A stretch of DNA of 64,000 nucleotides from positions 328,600,001 to 328,664,000 of the forward strand of contig OZ024741.1 in the NCBI GenBank assembly GCA_964016885.1, read 5' to 3'. The DNA comes from Eledone cirrhosa. Lineage: Eukaryota. Position numbers and translations under genes: made by a program. Shown here one piece after another: positions 27,813 through 40,100 of the stretch. The stretch's first letter is position 1. The number at the start of each line of letters is the position of its first letter. The notes beneath the pieces are model-generated. The model had not been told where the DNA came from. It worked only from the letters and a program-made list of their open reading frames with translations, and searched no databases.

Positions 27813-29853
27813 TGCATTTATCTTGCTTTATGTTCATACGAGTTATCACCAAGTCACAACCAGTGACCTCAAGAGACAACAAGGTCCGCCATGTTCAAGA
27901 AAGAACACACATATTCACACATGCATCCTTAGTGTTTAGACTTGTGATGTACTTATATTGACAGGATCTTCCTTAGTATATGGGCAGTTCCCATTAGTAC
28001 TATCTTTTGTATTTCTCCTATACGCGGGTTTCCTGGGATTTGAGATAAGTAGTCGTTAGACCCCTTAGGTATCATTCCCAGAGCGCCTACAACCACTGGT
28101 ATTGTTTTAGTTCTCAATTTCCACATTTTTCCAATTTCTATCTCCAGGTCCTTATACTTGCTCAATTTTTCAAATGTTTTTATAGATACATTCTTGTCTA
28201 TTGGAACAGACATATCAATTAGCAGGCATACCCTCCTTTGAAAGTCCTTCAATATTATATCATGTCTATTTGCATCTATTTTTCGGTCTGTTTGGATGCT
28301 AATGTTCCACAAGATTGAGATGTGATCTTTTTCAAGTATGGGAGGTGGTTGATGCTCCCACCAATTCTTTTGATGGGGCAGGTCAAAATGCTTACACATT
28401 ATCCAATGTATGTATTGTGCAGCTCTGTCATGCCTGTTTAGGTATTCGGTTGGAGCTATAGGACTGCACATTGAAATTATATGGTCAATGGTCTCTGGTT
28501 GTTTTTTGCATACACGGCATAATGGGCTGCACCCATTTTTTATTATGTTGGCTTGGTAATTTTTTGTTGGCAGACACTGATCTTGTGCCGATATAATCAG
28601 TCCTTCAGTCTCCGATTTCAGTCTAGAGGATGCCAACCACTGATAGGTTAAAGTTTTGTCAACATCAGGATTGTTAGCTCGCTCTGGGTATTTTCCATAC
28701 AGAGGCTTTTCTTGCCATTTCTTAGCCAGTTTCTGTAGCAGTTCTTTCTTTGCAGTTACTTTTACCTGCTTTGCTTTTTCTGTGTTTTCCATTTCAGCAG
28801 TAAATGGGACTTCTGAAATTTGTAGTCCATTACTGTATCTTTGTGCATCTTTTGTAATGGAATATGATCTTTTGGTGCTTTCGTGTTTCAAAACGAGTTT
28901 TATCATCCAATCATGTGATTCCCTTAGATATGTGGATAATCCAATTGTTGCAGTTTTCAACGCAATGTCTAACTGGATTAACCCACGTCCTCCTTCTTGC
29001 CTAGGGAGATATATTCTATCTATGTCTGCCTTAGGGTGATGCATTCTGTGCATGGTTAAGAATTTTCGGATTTTTGTATCGAGCCTACGGATCTCTGTGC
29101 TTGACCAGTTGATGACATTGTAACTGTAGGTTACTACTGGTATGGCAAGCGGGTTTATGGCATCGATCCATCCTATTCCTTGCATTCAATTCCGTTCTTA
29201 AGATTGCTCTGACTCTGCGGTAACATTCCTTCCTTATCCTTTCCCCCATTGTCGAGTGCTTGATTCCGTCTCCTTCACAAACACCTAGATATTTGTAAGT
29301 TTTTTCTTGATCAAGCTCTCTTATCACGTTCCCCCGATCAAGATTAATGTCTGAACTCTTCAGCAGCTTTCCTCTGGTGAACGTTGCTTTGGCGCATTTA
29401 TCGAGTCCAAACTCCATTTTAATGTCATCACTGAACTGCTTCACAGTGGATAATAGCCCTTGCAATTGTTCATCATTTTTTGCAAATAGTTTCAGGTCAT
29501 CCATGTAGAACAGGTGATTAATGGTTTTGTCATAGACTCTATATCCATGTTTTGTTTCATTGAGCATTTTACTTAATGGTATAAGTGCGATGCAGAATAA
29601 AAGCGGTGATAAAGAGTCACCCTGAAAAATTCCACAATTAATATTAACTTCTCCAGCTTCCAGTGATTTTGTTTCACTATTCAAAAGGAGTCTCGTTCTC
29701 CATGTCTTCATACTGAATGACAAAAACCTCCTGACAACGGGGAATATTTTGAAAATCTCTAAACATTTTTCAATCCAACTGTGTGGCAAACTATCGAATG
29801 CTTTTTTATAATCTATCCAAGCAATCGATAGATTTGTGTGTCTATTATGACAA
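27812..29853 (-). mobile_element. R4/Dong family D2, 5'-truncated
   Basis: ORFs 29085-29789 (GIFQGD, YMDD) and 27953-29185; (TTA)n on both sides. Confidence 0.95.
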
Positions 29854-29922
<69 letters not shown>

Positions 29923-32355
29923 GGCGACCTACATAGTAAATCGTATCATCGTGAGCTCCGCAAAGGTTTGTTATTTTCGTTTGTTAAAAATTGTCATTTA
30001 TGGAAAATTTTATTGTTAACTGTTTATAAGCGCACATACATTGTTTTCCGAAAAGGACACCCAAAAAGATTGGGGCCTTGTGCCCAAAATTTAAACTTTA
30101 TTATTATCAAAACATTTCTTTGAAAAAAATGGCTAATTCACATCTGCACCAAGCAGCTGAAAGCCTTCCTCACAAATTAACACCTCCAACCGACACCACC
30201 ATTGTAAATGTTACTACGTTTGCCAACACAAAAAAAAATATAAGCAGTAGCAATATTTTAAATTTGTCTCAGGCAGACATTCATTTCCCGCCATTACCAA
30301 TGACTGCAGGTGTTAAAGCCTCCACCACCACCACCACCGCGACAACCACCACCCCCACCACCACCGCGACAACAGAAACAAAAGAAGAAAAATATAAATT
30401 AACTCGTGATGTCGAAATGAAATCAAGCAAAATGGACTCTTCCCCACCAAAGACGACTGACGTCACCACCACCACAACTGAAACTAAAATTAATATTAAC
30501 ACAAATAACGATAGCAACAACAACAACAATGACATTATAAAAACGACCCTCAGTTTTGCAATAGTAGCAAAACAGTTCGAAGCATTTACGGTAACTCAGG
30601 AGAATTTAGAAAATGCCAAACAAATGGTAAAGAAAGATGGGTACAGGGTCAGCCTCACCTCACCCCCCCCCCCCACACACACACACCTAATAAAATGGAG
30701 CATCGGCGCCTATGCACCGTGTCGTATCGAACGATAAATGTAAAATCGCGCCGAGTGGAACGGGCATCCGAGTCCCAAATCCAAAAAGCTTTGGGACATG
30801 TGTGGGCAAGAAAAACCCACATCAGACGTGGGCAGAAGTATGGAACCGTGGACGTGTTCTTTGAAACACCAGAGGAGGCTAGAGAACACTCCATGGCCCC
30901 ATTAAGAAGTGACGACTTCACACTCGTCCCAAGCTATTGTGGCCAGAGACTCGTAAAGATCAGGGTGACCCACGTTCTACCGGCCATCGAAATTCCCTGG
31001 CTAATAGAGGCTGTCCTCGCCGGCATCGAAGCCAACACAAAAATAATAGCAATAGCAAAAGAAAAGCAGGAGAACTGGTCCGGATCTGGGATGGAGCTCC
31101 TGATCCAAGCGGACCAAAAAAGCATTGAGGAGATCCCAGAGGTAATAGACCTCACTGACGGCAGCCACCTCACGGTAATTGTCGAGGACAGAAGACCTAG
31201 GTGTGTCGTTTGTGGTGAAGGAAACCACCTAAGGGCTTTCTGCCCTCAGGCTAAAAGGTTGAGGCCACCTCTCCTACCCACCCCAGTGACACAACCATCA
31301 ACACCACCAGTAGCAGAGATGCCAGCAACAACTGTAGCAGCAACAACAGAAGCAACTATAACAGCAACAACCCCAGCAACAGTAGCAAAACCACCACCAC
31401 CTCCACCACCAGCAAAACCAACACCACCACCACACAACGCTTCAGAACTAGCACCAGCGCCTACACCATCCACCACGCCACAACCAAAACTAACGCCTGT
31501 GGAGGATTTTCCACTCCCCGGCCTATCACAACTGGAGACAGATTGTGACGACGAGGAGTGGGAAACGATATCCGGAAAAAAAAAAGAAACCAAAAAAGAA
31601 AAAATTCTCTTCCTTCCCCCTCCAAAAACAAAATACAGAGGGAAACAAATAAACTAAGAAACAAAAAAGTTAGGACAGATATGCCACCATCCACACCAGC
31701 ATCACCAACCCCATCAACCCAAACACCAACACCATCACCATCATTAACTCCAACACCACCATCAGCTACACCACAAAAGTCACCAAAATGCGAAACAGAA
31801 ACAAACCCACAACAAACGCAAACAAAACAAAACAACCAAACACACTACACAGCATTAACTTTGCCTTTCATCCTTACGGGGTCGATAAAATAAAGTACCA
31901 GTAATGTACTGGGTAATTGCTGGCCTTGTGCCTAAAGTAGAAACAATTAAATTTGAACAACAAGCAATTATTACACTACATCCAACACAACACCAGCATC
32001 ACAGAAAAAGACTACACAACAACCCAAAATTCACACCACCTCCACACATACAAATCACTCGCATCACACAGAAAACGTACATGACACTAAAACAAAAATT
32101 CCCCAAAGACATCGGAGACTTCCGACAAGCACTCTCCAGGAGGATTTATAAGGACATCCTTCCTGAGGAGGCCACAAGCAGTGAAAAGGATGGAAAAACC
32201 GTCCTTCCCCTACGAGAAGTAAGGTAAGTAGTCTTTCCCATCTTTTCCACTCCTTTTCAACATGACCTCACTCAGAATAGGCAGCATAAATGCGCGTGGC
32301 TTGGGGTCGTCATGGAAGCAGGGCTACCTGCTCAACGACCTCAACGACCTCAGGT
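29923..32355 (+). mobile_element. Tx1 type A 5' part (5'UTR, ORF1, first about 90 nt of ORF2)
   Basis: Same 5' end as the 3281-8882 copy; ORF1 from ATG 30129 with RRM-like region and CVVCGEGNHLRAFC knuckle, frameshifted at homopolymers, ending LPLREVR at 32227. Confidence 0.92.
31857..31949 (+). mobile_element. 5'-truncated Nin-core SINE inserted in Tx1 ORF1
   Basis: AACTTTGCCTTTCATCC...GAAACAATT is absent from the homologous position of the minus-strand Tx1 copy; ATTAA on both sides may be a target-site duplication. Confidence 0.85.
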
Positions 32356-32372
32356 CGTTGAGCAGGTAGCCC

Positions 32373-35300
32373 TGCTTTCGCTGTGGATCGAAGACTCACC
32401 TCAGGGCCTTCTGCAACGAGAAGACCCTGAGAAAGGTTGAAAACCCCCCTCCTTCCGAATCCGGCTCCACGGCTACCAGCAACAGGACAAGCGGCAACCA
32501 GGAACGATAGGTCCGTGGCACCCATACCCACGCCACGGAAATCAAAAACAGCAGCAGCAGTGGAAATATTAACAACAACAACAGCAATACCAAATGCAGC
32601 TGCAACAGAGACTCCAGTGCAAACATCACCAACAACAACAAGTGAAAGAGTGGAGCTGGTACCCCTCCCCGACCTCACAGAATCAGACATGGAGTGTGAG
32701 GTGGGAGAGGGATGGCAAAAGGTCGTAAGAAGGCACAAACGCAGAAGCAGCGCATCGTCGCCTTTGAAAAGGGAGGAAAGAAATGAGAAAAGGGTAAAGT
32801 CTACTGCAAAGAGACCCACAGGAGCAACACCACCAACACCATCACCACCCACACTAGCACCACCATCACCACCGGCGACAACGCCACCGCCAACAACACC
32901 TTCAACACCACCACCACAAGCACCAACATCGCAAACACAACAACAAAACACACACACCCAGCAACAACGGCAAGAAAATAGCAGAACCACACCCCACCCC
33001 CAGAAAAACAAATGCACGGCAGTATATACACACAACAAGAAACTAATGACTTACATAATTGAACACACAGACATCTCACAACAGGACTACATAATACCAG
33101 CACCAATCAAAACGCCAACTAACATAAGACTGCTAAAAATAGCACAGAAACAATACACAAACATTAAAACGAGATTCCCCAACGCAGTTGGTGATTTCAG
33201 GGACCTAGGAGGAACCATCAATCGAAGAGTATATTCAGACATTCTCTTAGAAGAGCCGACGACCAGCCGAAGGGACGATTCAACGGTCCCTTCACCAGAC
33301 GATCAAGTGAAAAGGGATGTAAAAACCATCCCTCCTCTACGAAAAGTACGGTAAGTGGTCTTTCCCATCTTTTCCACTCTATTTTAAACATGACCTCACT
33401 CAGAATAGGCAGCATAAATGCGCGTGGCTTGGGGTCGTCATGGAAGCAGGGTCACCTGCTCAACGACCTCAGGTCACTAAACATAGATGTAGTGGCCATC
33501 AGCGAGACCAGAATCTCCGAAGCACGGGCCTTCGCACCGATCTTCGGCGGCTACGATGTGTACGCATCTCCCAGCCGTCCTGGATCGGGTGGAGGAGTTG
33601 CTGTGCTTTTTCGGAGAGGTTTGGATCTCGCCATACGGGCCATCTTCCTGGACCCAGAGGGTAAGCTGGTGGTGCTGGACGTGACCAGCGGAGAAGGGCA
33701 TGCTTTCAGGCTAGTAGCCGTCTATGCCCCGACAGGAGCAGGGCGGCCTGATTTCTTCCGGCGTCTGGAGACCTTTCTTGGAACGTCCCGATCTTTAGTG
33801 TTAGTGTGCGACTGGAACGGGATCTTAGATGCACGCTGGGACTGTGTGGGATTAGCGGATAGGGGTGGAGGGTGCAAGAGCCTCACCAACCTGCTCAGGC
33901 GTTTTGAACTGTCTGACAGGTACCGATTGCATTTCCCGAATGTGCCAATGTGGACTTGGACAAATCGCATAAGGTCATCCAGATCATATCTAGATAGAGT
34001 ATTTTGTAGGGAAATAGATAGGTCTAGCATAGGCTGTCCACAATTCAAGATAGTCAGCTACACGGACCACAAATTCGTGATCTGTGTGCTTGACTTAGAT
34101 AGGCTTCATAGACGAGGACCTGGCTACTGGAAGCTAAACGCGTCCTTACCAGCGCGCAAGGCCTACAGAGACCGGATTAGCGAACTAGTTAAGCGGGCGT
34201 TGACGGGGGCCATCGTCAACAACAAGTGGTGGTTTGCTCTGAAAAGAGCGATTAGAATAGAATCGATTAGGTTTAGTAAGGCTTTAGCAATAGAGAAAAA
34301 TAGAGCAGAGGGAGAACTAGTTAGAAAATTAGACGAGGCGCTTAGCAAAGGCATTGCGACCGACGTGCTTGCGGCGAAATTGGCCCTTGACCAATTCTTC
34401 AATGCAAAGCACGAAGGCTGCGTTGTCAGAGCAAGGGTGCGTGCTCTCAGACACGAGGGGACGAAAGCCGTTCAATGGGCCCGAGTGGCGGAGGCGCGTC
34501 GTGGCAACAAAGCCACGATCCGGTCTTTGGTGGACCACGACGGGCGCATGCTACTCGATCCCGGGAAAATGTGTGAAGCTTTTCAGCGACACTTCGCTCA
34601 GCTGTTCGGGGGCAGCGGTGGGCCGGGTAGAGGGATGGACTTTAGTGTCTACCTCGACGGACTGCCGCGGCTCTCGGCCACTGAGGCGAAGTGTTGCGAA
34701 AAGCCGATAACAGCCGCTGAAGTAAGGGAGGCAATGACTGGCTGCACAAGGGGTAAATCGCCTGGTTTGGATGGTCTGCCCTATGAACTTTACGTACAGA
34801 TGCCAGACTTGTTCGGAGGCCTCTTGGCGGACGTCTACTGCAACTGGCAACAGAACGGGAGAATTCCCAGTTCTGTGAGCCAGGAGCGGTGGCACTGCTG
34901 AGAAAGGATCCGAACAAGGGGGATAACATAGATCATTTCCGGCCCATAACTCTGCTAAACACAGAGTTCAAGATTTTGGCCAAGGTGCTAGCAAAGAGGT
35001 TGGCACTTGTCGTTGGTGGTCTGGTGGGAGAGGCGCAGACATGCGCCATTCCCGACAGATCCATCCACGACAACCTCCACCTCATGCGATACATCATAGA
35101 GAGGGTAGCTAAGGAACTTGGCATGGGGTGGGTCCTTGATCAATTTAGATCAGTCGAAAGCTTCTCGATAGGGTCGACCATCGTTACCTAGCGGCAGTCC
35201 TGAGGGCGGCTTGCTTTGGGCCCGTCTTCAGAGGCTGGATCGCTGCCATGCACAGCGACATCTGCTCTGTGGTGAGAGTGAACGGTCACCTGTCGGAACC

Positions 35301-37058
35301 GTTCAACATCATGCGCTCGGTCCGCCAAGGATGTCCCCTCTCGTCCCTCTTGTACGTATTGACTCTTGAGCCATTACTGCACAAACTGGAGACGTTGAGG
35401 GGAGTCCCGCGCGAAGTAGGATGCGGAAGATCCGTGTCAGCATATGCCGACGATGTCACCGTAGTGGTGTCGAACGCCAAACACATCGAGGCGATCGGCA
35501 CTACACTAAGAGAATACGAAGCGGTGACAGGAGCAATGATCAACCAAGAAAAGTCAGTGGGCCTGCAGCTCGGCACCTGGAGAGGCAGGTCCATGCCGTC
35601 CAACAGCGTCGTCGGACGCTGGACGGACGGACCGGTTAAATTGCTAGGGGTCTGGTCCGGTCCGGACCTCCAGACGGACAAAAACTGGGACGAGGTGACG
35701 AGCAGGGAGGCTTCTCTCACCCAGAAATGGGCGGAGAGGAAGCTATCCCTGAAAGGTCGAGCGGAGGTGGCTAACGCGTACATCGCGTCTGTCATCTGCT
35801 ACCGCCTGACCGTCGTACCTTGTCCTAAGCCTCGTCTGACTGCGCTGGAGCGTTTGCTCTTTCGCTTTTTGTGGAAGGGACGTGCTCCGATGGTCAGGCG
35901 GTCCATCTGTTGTCAACACCCGCTACGTGGAGGGCTGGGCATGCCGTGGCTGATGATGCGCAGGCACTCGCTCAGGCTACGACATCTCCACCTCTTCCTC
36001 GACGGTGATCAGGTGTGATCGCCGTTTGCTAGACGCGTATTTCCCCAGCTCGTTTCCTTGACGGAGCTGCAGTCCTGGGTCAAGCGAAGACCGAGAGAGA
36101 GCGCCTGGAGACTGGAATGTCTTCAGGCGCTCACAGCCCTCGACCAATCGGGCAATGCGATCGGTGGAAACTCCACCTCGGCGTTCTATAGAGGATTAGT
36201 GGAGGGGAAGAGCGACGACGTACTTGGGGAAACTCTAGGCGTCGACGAAAATCAACTAGCCAATCTCTTCGGAAGAACTTTCGGGCCAGGGCCTATGGAC
36301 AACTTCCAGAAATCTCTGGCCTGGCAGTGCTACCGAGGAGCCTTGCCAGTTCGGGATAAACTCTACAGGCATGGAGGTGCCGTCAGCCGGGCATGTCCGA
36401 GATGCGCGCAGGGCGACGAAACCGTCCTGCACGCACTCGTCCAGTGTCCGAAAATTGCTGACTTGTGGGTTTATGTCGAACACCTGCTGTCGCGTTTAGG
36501 ACGGATCCGGCTATCATCTGAGTCCATCGTGAGGATTGCCCCGCCCTCCTCCTTTAGCCGGGATGGGCAGGCAGTTTTTATCTGTCTGGTGGCCATGGCG
36601 AAAGAGATAGTATGGTGGACACGTTTGAAAGGGCTGAAGACGAGCACTTACCTCTTCGGTGATGCTCTGATTGACTTTTCCAAATTTCATTTGAAAAGGA
36701 AAATCAGAGTAGAGAGGGAAGTGCTCTCTTCCCAGCATTTTGTTGAAAGATGGGTGAGAGAAGCAAGAATGGCCCGAGTGAATGGGCCTACTCTGAGTAT
36801 ATATCTGTAAATTAAAGGTGGAAAACTGGGAGAGGGCACTTGCCTTGGTGGTCAGGGTCATTGTGGCTTTTTACTGGGCTTTCTCCACAAATGTCCCTCC
36901 GAAGTCTCCCCCCTATTGGGGAATTTTTCATTGTTATTTTTTGTTACATCCTCTGTTTTTGTTTTTTACACGCAGAAATGCCCATTTGTACCGTCCTGCA
37001 TTGTCCTGCACTGTCCTTAATGTCTACTTTATGTAAACCCTTGTGGTTAATAAAGAAA

Positions 37059-37059
<1 letters not shown>
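32373..37059 (+). mobile_element. Tx1 type B from the ORF1 zinc knuckle to the 3' end
   Basis: Starts at TGCTTTCGCTGT (CFRC knuckle, as at 38490); ORF1 ends 33354; ORF2 33390-36810; 3' UTR with AATAAA then (TTA)n. Confidence 0.93.
33390..36810 (+). pseudogene. Tx1 ORF2 (APE + RT + C-terminal Cys/His), best-preserved copy
   Basis: INARGL, SET, VYAP, DWN, LDRVF, TDH; KSPGLDG, FRPITLLN, QGCPLS, YADD; CPRC..ETVLHALVQC; frameshifts near 34885 and 35130-35170, stop at 36016. Confidence 0.95.
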
Positions 37060-37108
<49 letters not shown>

Positions 37109-40100
37109 GAATGCCATGGTTGACGGAGGCTCGGCTCTGTAAGGTATAGTACTTTTTAACAGCTATAACAATTGTAAATTGTTTAAAACTTTAACCAAAT
37201 TGTAGATAAAAACACCCTCCTCCTCATGAGAGGGGTCTTTCTGTCCGTTATTTGGCCCTTCGGGGTTAAATAACCGCTTATTGGGGTTTTGTGCCCAATA
37301 TTCATTTTAAACCCAAAAAAAAACGTGACTACAAAAAAGAATTTTCACCAGTCACTCCCACTCATTCTGTCTTCTTCCTCAATCGTCACTACATCAGAGA
37401 GAAGATTGTCTTTCTTCCTCCCTTCTCTAAATGTGGTGTCGCCTATTTCGCAAGCGACGCCATTAAAGAAAAAGAAAAAATATAGTTTCTGGTAGCTTTC
37501 ACCAAGAGAACGTGCATTCCGTGAAACATTTCTCCACGACGACGACAACGACAAAAAATGTGTGCGGTAAATACGGAAAACCATTTCATTCGTCTGACGT
37601 CATGAAGAATAGCAGCAGCAGCCGTAATAACAGCAGCAGCAGCAAGAGTAACAAGGAAAACACGAGTAGCAGCCGCAACAACATCAGCAGCAGCATAAAC
37701 GACAACAGCAGCAGTAGCAACAGCAACAACAACAGCAGCAGCAGCAACATCAACAACCACAGCAATAGCGGCGGCGGCGGTCGTAGTACCAGCAGCAACA
37801 ACAAAAGTAACAGCAGCTCTGACGACAACAACAACAACAAGAAAGAAAAACCAATCTCGTTTCCAGGTATCGCAAAGAACCTGGAAACCATCCTTATAAT
37901 AAATGAGGAATTACAAGAAGCAAAGAAGATGGTGACGAAAACCGGACACCGAGCAATCTGCAAGGCAGCCGAAAAGTTTTTCGAAACCCAACAGCACTGT
38001 ACGGTCACGTACCGTACAGTAAGCACAAAATCACGTAGGGTTGAAAGAGCCACAGAGGCTCAAACACAAAAAGCCTTAGGGTCTGTGTGGCAGTGGAAAA
38101 CGCATATCACCCGAGGCAAGAAATATGCCACCGTGGACGTGCTTTTTGCCACACCCCAGGAGGCAAAGGCTCAATCCTTAGTGACCCTAAGGAGCGAGGA
38201 AATTGTGTTGGTGCCCTCCTACTGCGGGCAAAAAATTGTGAGAGTCAAACTGACCCCCAGCACACACACCCTGGATGGCCCCTTCTTGGCTGGCCGCGTC
38301 TGTCCTCGTCGGAATCGAGGACAAAAGAACTGTACTGAAAGTACAAAAAAAGTACGAGAAGATTGGGTCGGCTCCTCCACTGAGATCTTAATTCAAACCA
38401 ACCAGGAGTGCATCGAAGCTATCCCGGATGTGATAGACTTCGATAACGGCACTCAACTGCCCATAAGTGCTGAGGGCAAACGCCCGAAATGCTTTCGCTG
38501 TGGGTCGAAGACTCACCTCAGGGCCTTCTGCAATGAGAAGAAGCTGAGAAAGGAGAAAACCCCCCCTCCTTCCGAAACCGGCTCCAGTGCTACCAGCAAC
38601 AGGACAGGCGGCAAGCAGAAAGGATAGGTCCGTGGCACCCATACACACGCCACGGAAATCAAGAACAGCAGCAGCAGTGGAAGTATTAACAACAACAACA
38701 GTAATACCAACTGCAGCTGCAACAGAGAATCCACTGCAACCATCACGAACAAGAACAAGTGAAAGAGTGGAGCTGGTACCCCTCTCCGACCTCACAGAAT
38801 CGGACATGGGGTGTGAGGTGGGAGAGGGAGGGCAAAAGGTCGCAAGAAGGCACAAACTAAAAGCAGCGCATCGTCGCCTTCGAAAAGGCAGGGAAGAAAT
38901 GAAAAAGGGTAAAGGCTACTGCAAAGAGACTTACAGCAGCAACACCACCAACACAATCACCACTCACACTAGTACCACCATCACCAACGGCGGCAACCCC
39001 ATCGCCAGCAACAACAACACCTTCACGACACCAGGCACCAACATCGCAAACACAACAACAAAACACACACACCCAGCAACAACGACAAGAAAATAGCAGA
39101 ACCACACCCCACCCCCAGAAAAAGAAATGCACAACAATAAATACACACAACAAGAAACTAATGACTTACATAATTGAACACAAACATTTCACAGCACGAC
39201 TACATAATACCAGCACCAATCAAAACACCAACGAACATAAGACTGGTAAGAATAGCACAGAAACAATACACAAACATTAAAATAAAATTCCCCAACGCAG
39301 TTGGTGATTTCAGAGGCTTAGGAGGGACACTCAACCGGTGGGTATATTCGGATATACTCACAGAACAGCCGACGACCAGCCGAAGGGACAATTCAACGGT
39401 CCCTTCACCAGACGATCAAGTGGAAAGGGATGGAGAAACCATCCTTCCTCTACGAGAAGTAAGGTAAGTGGTCTTTCCCATCTTTTCCACTCCATTTCAA
39501 CATGACCTCACTCAGAATAGGCAGCATAAATGCGCGTGGCTTGGGGTCGTCATGGAAGCAGGGCCACCTGCTCAACGACCTCAGGTCAATAAACATAGAT
39601 GTAGTGGCCATCAGCGAGACCAGAATCTCCGAAGCACGGGCCTTGTCACCGATCTTCGGCGGCTACGATGAGTACGCATCTCCCAGCCGTCCGGGATCGG
39701 GGGGAGGGGGGGAGTTGCTTTGTTTTTTCGGAGAGGTTTGGATCTCGCCATACGAGCCATCTTCCTGGACCCAGAAGGTAAGTTGGTGGTGCTAGACGTG
39801 ACCAGCGGAGAGGGGCAAGCTTTCAGGCTAGTGGCCGTCTATGCCCCGACAGGAGCAGGGCGGCCTGGTTTCTTCGGCGTCTGGAGAACTTTCTAGGAAC
39901 GTCCCGCTCTTTAGTGTTAGTGGGCGACTGGAACGGGATCGTAGATGCACGCTGGGACTGTGTGTATTAGCGGAGAGGGGAGGAGGGTGAAAGAGCCTCA
40001 CCAACCTGCTCAGGCGTTTTGAACTGTTTGACAGGTACCGATTACATTTCCCAAATGTGCCAATGTGGACTTGGACAAATCGCATAGGGTCATCCAGATC

